Assembly (NCBI GenBank): GCA_045105515.1
Contig: JBGCDR010000105.1
Span: 1-20,897, forward strand
Origin: Oligoflexales bacterium
GTDB taxonomy: Bacteria; Bdellovibrionota_B; Oligoflexia; Oligoflexales; Bog-1112
Direction of reading: 5' to 3'
Length of the DNA stretch: 20,897 nt
The notes below the pieces were generated by a model that did not search any database, had not been told where the DNA came from, and worked only from the letters and a program-made list of their open reading frames with translations. A program made the position numbers and the translations under genes. Shown here piece after piece: positions 8,952 through 18,215 of this stretch. Positions within the stretch are counted from its first letter, which is position 1. Each line of letters opens with the position of its first letter.

Positions 8952-9407
8952 ATGAAGGAAAAAGCACAAGTTGCTATTAAAACAGAACTAACAGTCGGAG
9001 AATTGGCTGAAAGAAGCGGTGTAGCCGTCTCAGCACTTCATTTTTACGAACAAAAAGGGCTTATCCCAGCTTTTAGAACTGAGGGGAACCAAAGGCGTTT
9101 CCCAAGGGGGGTTTTAAGGCGCGTAGCTATTATCAAGGTTGCTCAAAGGCTAGGGATTTCACTAAATGAAATCGGAGATGCCTTTGATTCTCTGCCAAAA
9201 AACCGAGCACCGACAGCCAAGGATTGGGCAAAGCTGTCCTCAGTATGGCGGAAAGAACTAAACCAGCGTATTGAAGTCATGACAAAGCTAAGGGATCAAT
9301 TGAATGATTGTATCGGTTGTGGCTGTTTATCAATGTCTGAATGCCCATTGAGGAACCCCAAAGACAAACTTGGAAAGAAGGGTTCCGGTGCTAAGCTTCT
9401 GGAATAG
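8952..9407 (+). CDS. soxR: Redox-sensitive transcriptional activator SoxR
   Basis: Mer[49 protein letters not shown] and the [2Fe-2S] motif [12 protein letters not shown]. Confidence 0.96.
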   Translation: MKEKAQVAIKTELTVGELAERSGVAVSALHFYEQKGLIPAFRTEGNQRRFPRGVLRRVAIIKVAQRLGISLNEIGDAFDSLPKNRAPTAKDWAKLSSVWRKELNQRIEVMTKLRDQLNDCIGCGCLSMSECPLRNPKDKLGKKGSGAKLLE

Positions 9408-9470
9408 AGATGCTAACTAAATTCAAAGACATCGGAAAATCGAATTGTTACAAGTCTATGAAGAAGAAAT

Positions 9471-9763
9471 ATGAAAAATAATGGTGTAACTGAACTTCTT
9501 ACTCAATTGGTTGAGGAAATAAATGGCCTTTACGGCTATTCTTCAATCCCTGATTTTGAAGGCCCATGCATTAACCTCGGGTCTTGTGGAGTTTTTGCCT
9601 ATGAATTTTACAAAGCATGGAATGACCTTTTTGAGGATAAGATTCATATTGTTTTTATAATGGACACGAAAACGAGGATTGTTGGCGTATTGTAGTTAGA
9701 CTAATAGATGGTTTAGTGATCTTGTCAGTGCTATCAAAGGAATTTGGATTCCTGCCTGATTAG
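9471..9763 (+). pseudogene. Probable frameshifted remnant of a hypothetical protein
   Basis: 74-aa ORF (INLGSCGVFA...HIVFIM). The -1 frame from the A-run at 9669-9672 continues ENEDCWRIVVRLIDG... to TAG 9761-9763. Confidence 0.45.
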
Positions 9764-9794
9764 GGACTAAATGGTTGTTTCGTTGTTTCTACTA

Positions 9795-9823
9795 TTGACA
9801 TTGCGAACTATTCCTAGTAGGTT
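9795..9823 (+). promoter_or_regulatory. Putative sigma70 promoter for the downstream methyltransferase
   Basis: TTGACA (9795-9800), 17-bp spacer, TAGGTT (9818-9823). Confidence 0.5.
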
Positions 9824-9977
9824 TTCCGCTATGAATACCTAAGAAAAAATCCCCTAAAAACCTGACCGTGATCAACACTACGAATGCAATATGTTGTGTA
9901 AGTTAGCTTCGCTAGCTTTCTTTACGTGATATTGGCATGTTAAAACGAAAATAAATTAAATTTTGGAGAACATAGGT

Positions 9978-10817
9978 ATGTTCAGCAAATTGATTAACAT
10001 AAATAAAAGGCCGACAGCCTTTGAATTTTACACCACCAAGACTTTGTGGACAGAGGACTATATTTCGAAGAAGATGCTGGAGATTCATTTGGATAGCAGC
10101 ACCGATCTTGCTACTAGGAAACCTGAATTCGTCAGAAAATCTGTTGATTGGATGGTTCGATATTTTTCAATAGGAAAAGATTTTAGGATTTGTGATTTTG
10201 GTTGTGGTCCAGGACTATACACAACTCCACTTGCACAAGTAGGAGCGAAGGTTACTGGAGTTGATTTTTCTAAAAGATCGATTAACTATGCAAATAAAGT
10301 AGCTGCTAAAGAAAAATTGGATATCGAATATATTCATAGTGACTATCTGAAGTATTCTTCGAATAGAAAATTCGATCTTGTTACTTTAATTTTCAATGAT
10401 TTTTGCGTTCTCTCTCCTCAGAAAAGAAAAGAGATGTTTAAGGTGTTTAAGGAGCATTTGGCGCCTGGGGGTAGTTTACTCCTTGATGTCTGCTCTTTGG
10501 AGCTATTTAACCAAGCTAAAGAATCAGTTAACTACGAATTTTCACAAAAAGATGGCTTTTGGTCAAACAACCCCTATTTTGAGTTTCAGAACACCTTCAA
10601 ATACGACAAGGAAAAAGTACTGCTTTATAAACATACAATCATAAACGACAAGTCTAAGAGAGAGATTTTCAACTGGCTTCAATGCTATGATTTGGCAAGT
10701 CTTGAAAATGAATTTCAAGAAAATGGCTTTACGATTATGGAACTCTTTTCTAATGTTTGTGGAGCTCCACTTGGTGATGAATCTGTAGACATTGCGGTCG
10801 TTGCAAAATTGCAATAA
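9978..10817 (+). CDS. Class I SAM-dependent methyltransferase
   Basis: ICDFGCGPGLY motif I, VTGVDFSKRSI, FDLVTLIFNDFCVL and LAPGGSLLLDV. ATG 9978 follows GGAGA. Confidence 0.9.
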   Translation: MFSKLININKRPTAFEFYTTKTLWTEDYISKKMLEIHLDSSTDLATRKPEFVRKSVDWMVRYFSIGKDFRICDFGCGPGLYTTPLAQVGAKVTGVDFSKRSINYANKVAAKEKLDIEYIHSDYLKYSSNRKFDLVTLIFNDFCVLSPQKRKEMFKVFKEHLAPGGSLLLDVCSLELFNQAKESVNYEFSQKDGFWSNNPYFEFQNTFKYDKEKVLLYKHTIINDKSKREIFNWLQCYDLASLENEFQENGFTIMELFSNVCGAPLGDESVDIAVVAKLQ

Positions 10818-10846
10818 TGCAGGATATGGAATTACTTTCTTTCTTC

Positions 10847-13141
<2,295 letters not shown>

Positions 13142-13396
13142 CCTAAATAGACTTAAAATTATGAATGAGATTTGGTGGTTATCTTTGTAATTCGAAAGGT
13201 GATAAAGACCCTGCCAATGTTGAAATTAGTCGATTCCCAAAGAGATGAAAACAACAAGCTTCTATGCTATCTCTAAATTGACGCTAGCTTGCCAGGTTAG
13301 AAACAATGCGCATACTTGCTGAACTATTTTTCCTTAGCCTTAGACTGCTTAGCAGCCTAGGATGAATCATTTATCATTTTTTTCAAGGAAATTTCC

Positions 13397-13762
13397 ATGA
13401 TCAAATTCTACGGCTACAAAAAATGCAGCACCTGCCGCAAGGCTGAAACCTTCCTTGAAAAGAACAAAGTCGGTTATGACTTTATCGATATAACTGAGAA
13501 CCCACCATCCAAGGCTCAGCTCAAGAAAATTCTGAAAAACAGCGGACAGCTGATCAAGAAGCTATTCAACACAAGTGGGCAGGTTTATCGCGAAATGGGG
13601 CTGAAGGATAAGGTAGATACTCTGGGTGAAAGTGAGATTTTCAGCATGATGGCGGATAACGGCAAGCTGATCAAACGGCCTCTGGCTTTTGATGGTGAAA
13701 AGGCCACGATTGGATTCCGCGAAGAGGATTATAAGCAAATTTGGAAGCGGCGACGTGATTAA
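13397..13762 (+). CDS. ArsC/Spx/MgsR family protein (YffB/YusI-like)
   Basis: FYGYKKCSTCRKA CxxC, FNTSGQVYRE and LIKRPL motifs; RBS AAGGA. Confidence 0.9.
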   Translation: MIKFYGYKKCSTCRKAETFLEKNKVGYDFIDITENPPSKAQLKKILKNSGQLIKKLFNTSGQVYREMGLKDKVDTLGESEIFSMMADNGKLIKRPLAFDGEKATIGFREEDYKQIWKRRRD

Positions 13763-13773
13763 TTTTTAGGCTT

Positions 13774-14049
13774 GTTTTGGTATGGTTGAGTACCTATGAG
13801 TATAGAGTGGTAAGTGATCTTAGATTTGTTAATTCCCACTTGGCAGCTCATTAAAAGCTTGAGATAGTTCCTGTAGGGGGAGGGGCGTCGCTGACGACCT
13901 TTCGATGGGGATCTTTGACATTGTTAGTAGATTGGAACTGAGCCGCGGGGGCGGGGGTGCTTTGGTTTCGGTAGAATGAGTGACATCGAATAAGCGGACA
14001 CAAAACGGACACAAATTTTGTACTTTTGGGTACCAAACCATACCAAAAC
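13774..14049. repeat. 21-bp imperfect inverted repeat pair bracketing a 276-bp G-rich segment
   Basis: GTTTTGGTATGGTTGAGTACC (13774-13794) versus GGTACCAAACCATACCAAAAC (14029-14049): 19/21 complementary, outer 14 bp perfect. Confidence 0.8.
13995..14016 (+). repeat. Tandem direct repeat CGGACACAAA(A/T) x2, putative integrase arm-type sites
   Basis: CGGACACAAAA CGGACACAAAT at an 11-bp period, about 130 bp left of the putative att core. Confidence 0.6.
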
Positions 14050-14137
14050 TTGTGCTTCCTTCGCTTTATTTGGTTAACGGTTTTACCAATGAATACCAAA
14101 GCATATTGCTCAGTATCCATCTTGTTTATGGCTTCCG

Positions 14138-14167
14138 CCACGCGGCGGCATGGGCGGCATGATGTAG
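14138..14167 (+). other. Putative att core: orphan copy of the groEL 3' end (GGMGGMM*)
   Basis: GGC GGC ATG GGC GGC ATG ATG TAG (14144-14167) encodes the GroEL GGM tail. There is no groEL body upstream, and it lies 163 bp from the integrase stop. Confidence 0.75.
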
Positions 14168-14211
14168 GATTATCCTACTGATTCCGACCGGTTACCTGGT
14201 CTTCGTGGCCC

Positions 14212-14302
14212 CGTGGCACGAATTTCCGGCACAATTCAGGCTTCAAAACCTGAAAAAAGGCTGGAAATAGAGGATCTTCTCGAAGATCCACGCGGCACAC
14301 TT
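14212..14302 (+). repeat. GGCAC-core direct repeats, putative arm-type sites of the adjacent integrase
   Basis: tGGCACgaat (core 14215), cGGCACaatt (14228) and cGGCACactt (14294). CCACGCGGC occurs at both 14138 and 14288. Confidence 0.5.
14272..14289 (-). terminator. Hairpin downstream of the integrase
   Basis: GGATCTTC-tc-GAAGATCC inverted repeat about 40 bp past the int stop, followed by tctattt on the - strand. Confidence 0.45.
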
Positions 14303-14329
14303 GATTCTTAAAAGGGTTTCTTCTCATCC

Positions 14330-15742
14330 CTAGTTCTTGCTGGAACGGATGAGTCGAAGCCCTTTTTTAATTGAGACAACATTGCCAATAGTCTCCTCAA
14401 TGACCTCGTTTTTTTCAGAAACTGAGACCTCCTCATTTCCTTTATTTGAACCATCTTTAGGTGTACTTTGCTCATCCTCAGACTTTTGTTTTAGCCGATC
14501 TTTCCTTGACCATTGGCGAGAAGCTGTATCATTGATGATGTCGCCGTGAACATATCGCATGGTCGTTTTGATATCCGAGTGCCCAGCAATTTGCTGCACT
14601 TTAGGGACAGGCAAAGGTTTTTCCATCCCATAGCCATTGGCCAAGTTTGTCAGACAAGTATGACGGAGACTGTGAAAATGGATCTCTTTAATACCAGCCC
14701 AGCGGCAAGTGCGAGAGAAGCATTTGATGCTGTTCATGTGAATATTGAAAAGGGGTTCTTTTTGAGGAGTATGCCTCTTTCTCATCAATATTTCCCTGAC
14801 ATCATCATTGATTTCAATGCGTCTGGCTTTCTTGCTTTTGGTGGTATTCTTACGAACCTTTTCTTTGTTGCTATATGACGCTCTAACAATAAGAAAGCCC
14901 CGAACTAAATCCACATCAGCATTGCGAATTGCACCAATTTCTCCAAGCCTCATTCCGGTACGCAAGGCAAATAAAACGATATCTCGAAGTTCCTGAGGAT
15001 TTCTAATCTGTAACTTTATAACTACTTTTTTTTTGCCTTTATGATGGTAACGTGAGGTTTCCTTTTCATAAAAACCACCAGCTTCTATCCAATCCAGAAA
15101 CTGATCTTCTTCCTCCAAACGCCAGTAGTCAAAAAGATGTTCTGGAGTTTTTGGGAGTTTGAAAGTCTCGAAAGGATTATCAGGAATTAAAGGAGGTCTT
15201 CGAGCAAATCCCCAAGAAGTAATCATGCAAGCAACAGTTAAAATTTCTCGTTGATAGGAAAGGCTTAGTTTATCTTCATCCTCGATGGCATTGTTTTCCC
15301 AGTGGGTCTTTCTAATGGCTAAATAGGATTTACTTTTAGCCTTTTTTATCCGAAGTTCTTTTGCCAATTTTTCAAGATGATCCAATTTTAATTTTCTCAA
15401 CTCAATCTGACCAAAAACAGGAAAGATATGATTTTTTAGATGACAAGAGTAATTCATAAGACATGATTCAGATATTTGCCTCACATGTCTTCCATGCTCG
15501 ATCCACCTAGCAGCTAGGTCTTGAAACGTCTTGAGGGATTCATTTATTTCTGACTCATTAGGGAACCAATGAGAGAGATTATCACCTCTAGCTATCGCCC
15601 GTTTCAAATTTTCAGCTTCAGTTTTGGTTCGACAGCTCTTGTTGCGATAAATGCCATCGGCATCATCATAAAACCTAACTTTCCAAGTTCCATATTCAGA
15701 TTGGTAAATTTTTGGTTCACTTTTGTTGTAATTGTTCTTCAT
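14330..15742 (-). CDS. int: Tyrosine recombinase / phage-type integrase
   Basis: N-terminal arm-binding-like beta domain (WKVRFYD...TKTEAE), SAM-like domain, and catalytic TGMR, TKSKK, HSLRH, AGH and TTMRY. ATG 15742 has the RBS AAGGAG and an ATGA overlap with xis. Confidence 0.95.
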   Translation of the reverse strand: MKNNYNKSEPKIYQSEYGTWKVRFYDDADGIYRNKSCRTKTEAENLKRAIARGDNLSHWFPNESEINESLKTFQDLAARWIEHGRHVRQISESCLMNYSCHLKNHIFPVFGQIELRKLKLDHLEKLAKELRIKKAKSKSYLAIRKTHWENNAIEDEDKLSLSYQREILTVACMITSWGFARRPPLIPDNPFETFKLPKTPEHLFDYWRLEEEDQFLDWIEAGGFYEKETSRYHHKGKKKVVIKLQIRNPQELRDIVLFALRTGMRLGEIGAIRNADVDLVRGFLIVRASYSNKEKVRKNTTKSKKARRIEINDDVREILMRKRHTPQKEPLFNIHMNSIKCFSRTCRWAGIKEIHFHSLRHTCLTNLANGYGMEKPLPVPKVQQIAGHSDIKTTMRYVHGDIINDTASRQWSRKDRLKQKSEDEQSTPKDGSNKGNEEVSVSEKNEVIEETIGNVVSIKKGLRLIRSSKN

Positions 15743-15939
15743 TTTGATCGTTCTCCTTGTAGCTGAGTCAGCACTTCGCTGACTCGAAACCTCAAAGAAT
15801 GACCAAGTTTGTAGTACGGAATTTTCTCCTGTTTTCGCCACTTGCGGATAGTATGGATCGACACCCTAAGGGTCTTCGCCAATTCTGCCGCAGTGACAAA
15901 TTTTTCGCTTATTCGGTTGTCAAAGATCACGCCACCCAT
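15739..15939 (-). CDS. xis: Excisionase-like HTH_17 DNA-binding protein
   Basis: FVTAAELAKTLRVSIHTIRKW...IPYYKLGHSLRF. ATG 15939 follows AAGGAGG; coupled to int. Confidence 0.85.
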   Translation of the reverse strand: MGGVIFDNRISEKFVTAAELAKTLRVSIHTIRKWRKQEKIPYYKLGHSLRFRVSEVLTQLQGERSK

Positions 15940-16015
15940 GGGCAAGCCTCCTTTTATATCTTCAATTTGCGATTTCTCAAAGGGAGAGAGACAAGTGCTT
16001 GGATTCAAAAGGAAC

Positions 16016-16759
16016 TTAGTTGAAAAGATTTCTCTCATGGGCCACTTCGCATCCTAATTTGGCCATTCGAGAAAGAATCGCGGCTGAAGCTTCAGGACAG
16101 AGTTCAACCCCGAGGCCAATCCTGCCGAGTTGCTCAGCAGCTTCAAAAATGGCTCCTGATCCTGCAAAAAGATCGAGAACAGCCTCATCTCTTAGGGTGT
16201 GATTGAGCATGGGGATTGTGTAGACCCCAATAGGTTTTTCTGTGGGATGAATACGTAGTTTTGGTTTAACAGAAGGAACATTCCATACAGATCGTTGCTT
16301 TCTATCCCCTGTCCAATGATCTGTAACCTTTACTCCTTGTTTTACACAAACTAAGCATTGCTCATGCTGGAGATGATAGAGGTGACGTTGCAAGGAGAAA
16401 TGATTTTTTACCCAGATGATCATTTGTTTGATGTCATAGCCAGCATCTTGGATGGATCGAGCAACTACATCGTAATGTTTGTAGGAAAACCACACATAGA
16501 GGACAGGAGCTTGTGACAAACGAAAGGCATTCCCCCAGCTTACAATATGATCGTTTTTCAATTTCAGTTTGTAGAGACTCTCATTAGCACACCTAGATGT
16601 GTAGCTGATCCCGTAAGGAGGATCTGTTAGGCACAATTTTGGTTTGTTCCCCCTTAGGAAAGCATCAAGCATTACTTTTTCAGTGCTGTCACCACAAAGC
16701 AGTCTATGCTTGCCCATTTTCCAGATGTCACCAAATTTAACTTTGTATTTTTCTGTCAT
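16016..16759 (-). CDS. Orphan N4-C/N6-A DNA methyltransferase (beta order of motifs)
   Basis: GDIWKMGKHRLLCGDS, catalytic TDPPY, HPTEKP and SAM-binding VLDLFAGSG. ATG 16759 follows AAGGAG. Confidence 0.92.
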   Translation of the reverse strand: MTEKYKVKFGDIWKMGKHRLLCGDSTEKVMLDAFLRGNKPKLCLTDPPYGISYTSRCANESLYKLKLKNDHIVSWGNAFRLSQAPVLYVWFSYKHYDVVARSIQDAGYDIKQMIIWVKNHFSLQRHLYHLQHEQCLVCVKQGVKVTDHWTGDRKQRSVWNVPSVKPKLRIHPTEKPIGVYTIPMLNHTLRDEAVLDLFAGSGAIFEAAEQLGRIGLGVELCPEASAAILSRMAKLGCEVAHERNLFN

Positions 16760-16848
16760 CTTTACTCCTTTGATTGAGCAAATAGTCACGAAGGATGGCG
16801 GCTGAATCTATGCCATCTCCCCGCCGAATGCTGAGCATCGTCATGCCG

Positions 16849-17220
16849 TTAATTGGATTCCTTTGGATTTGCCTGCTCTTTGATTTGATTGACCTGAGGC
16901 AATCCTTTAGCTAGAAGCATTTTCAAAAATTCATCTTTAGAAATGGTTCCACTTTGTTGACAGTATTTTTTGAATTGGATTTCCAAATGATCCTGGCTTG
17001 AGAAAGTTGCTTCCTTAATCTCTTTAATTTGAGGTTCACAAATCAGTTGCAGAGCCTTTAAAATCACGTTGTCCTGCTTGACTCTGCGTCCATGGGATTT
17101 TCGATTGCATTTGCTGACGATCGATTTTAGTAATCTAGCTGTGGTTTTGCTGACTCTAATTGGAATTGTGTTTGATGTTGTTGTTTTGGGTGACATTTTT
17201 TCTGTGGAGTTTGAATCCAT
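16849..17220 (-). CDS. Small basic DNA-binding protein, ribbon-helix-helix-like
   Basis: Alternating beta strand TIPIRVS followed by helices KTTARLLKSIV and QDNVILKALQL; RBS AAGGAG. Confidence 0.55.
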   Translation of the reverse strand: MDSNSTEKMSPKTTTSNTIPIRVSKTTARLLKSIVSKCNRKSHGRRVKQDNVILKALQLICEPQIKEIKEATFSSQDHLEIQFKKYCQQSGTISKDEFLKMLLAKGLPQVNQIKEQANPKESN

Positions 17221-17260
17221 AGTAAGCTCCTTAGATGGCTTGTTGTTATGAATATGAATA

Positions 17261-17390
17261 GGGGCAGAGAGAAGGAAGTGGAGAAATGAGACAAGGACAT
17301 AGATAAGGGCAAGAAGGAAATGAGAGGAAGAAATAGAGAAAGAGATACGGGAAACGAGAGAAAAAGAAAGGGAACGAGAAATAGCGAAAC
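17261..17390 (+). other. Polypurine tract in the relaxase-RHH intergenic region (candidate oriT/ori component)
   Basis: Hand count gives 113 of 130 nt as A/G, built from degenerate GAGAAA/GAAA units. Confidence 0.7.
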
Positions 17391-17460
17391 AAGTAGTCAG
17401 TCAGGATTGAAATATATAGCTAAAGTGCCTATTATCAAAGGGATGTGTCGTTTCTTGAAT

Positions 17461-17472
17461 GTGGGTACCCAC
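17461..17472. repeat. Perfect 12-bp palindrome GTGGGTACCCAC
   Basis: Self-complementary sequence 24 bp from the stop of the relaxase-like gene. Confidence 0.8.
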
Positions 17473-17495
17473 CTGCTTTCCATCAGCAACCCATA

Positions 17496-18215
17496 TCACA
17501 AAGTCAGAATCGCATTGTGATAATTCTTAAATTGCAATGATTCATTTTTTAGTAATAAATTGCTTACTTGGTAGAAAAACTTTGGTTGATCGCTGCTGAA
17601 TAACTCTCGCTCAATGCCCATTACTTTGTTACAAATTGATTGGCTGTCGGAGATGAATAAAATGAGTGGGTATATGTCAGAGTTGTAGTATTTCTTTAAA
17701 AAATCATCGTAGCGACGTTCCATTTTAAGAGTGCATTCATACTCAATCGGCAACTCAACTGCTTCAGACTGGATAATTGTAGTAACGATGGCATCAGAAT
17801 TTAGCCTGCATGCTTCATTTGTGCCCCATGTCTGGATCTCATTTTCTGTAGTATAATACTTAGTCTTATTTGAGTTCAATAAACTATGGCGAATGTCTAC
17901 CAGAGCAACATCATGATGCACCGAATCAGATTTTATTTCGATACGTTTTTCATTTCCCCTTCTAACAAAGTTCTCAAATGATTTTTTGGTATTGGAGACA
18001 ATTCTTTTTCCTTTTAGTAGTAAGCGACTTCTCTGAATTTGTACCAACCTATTGTCTTCTAATTTTCTGATTCTGTTACCAAGGCTTTCTTGAGTAATAT
18101 CACTGAAGACATCTCTGGTGATCTGCTCATAGGTAGCTGCTTTAACAGCATGTAAATACTTAAAGAGTAAAATATCCCTTTCATCGAGGTACATTCCCAT
18201 AATTTGTTGTTTCAT
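17496..18215 (-). CDS. Replication-relaxation (Replic_Relax / MOB_C-like) relaxase
   Basis: N-terminal winged HTH (LDERDILLF...ATYEQI...RIRKLEDNRLV) and HHDVAL. The motif D-x16-EYE-C-x2-K-x3-RY fits the MOB_C D-x(6-17)-ExE-[RL]-x2-K-x3-R-[YF] signature except at one position. Confidence 0.75.
   Translation of the reverse strand: MKQQIMGMYLDERDILLFKYLHAVKAATYEQITRDVFSDITQESLGNRIRKLEDNRLVQIQRSRLLLKGKRIVSNTKKSFENFVRRGNEKRIEIKSDSVHHDVALVDIRHSLLNSNKTKYYTTENEIQTWGTNEACRLNSDAIVTTIIQSEAVELPIEYECTLKMERRYDDFLKKYYNSDIYPLILFISDSQSICNKVMGIERELFSSDQPKFFYQVSNLLLKNESLQFKNYHNAILTL

Noticed and set aside
9870..9946. attC-like look (AAC...GCTTCGC...GTTAAAA)
   Set aside because: The R boxes do not fit RYYYAAC/GTTRRRY and are not complementary, there is no spacer between the paired arm and GTT, and no second copy exists.
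13763..14329. tRNA/tmRNA/SRP gene as the integration target, and ORFs 13829-14041, 13851-14141 and 13980-14162
   Set aside because: No T-loop GTTCGA/CCA end or SRP motif was seen on either strand. The ORFs overlap each other and the repeats and carry no motifs.
16790..16848. Fluoride or SAM/SAH riboswitch upstream of the DNA MTase
   Set aside because: Only short fragments (GGAGATGGCA, AACGGC) resemble the consensus; the remaining conserved elements are missing.
17069..17520. ORFs 17069-17251, 17127-17312 and 17320-17520
   Set aside because: Low-complexity or antisense by-products of the purine tract and the RHH gene.
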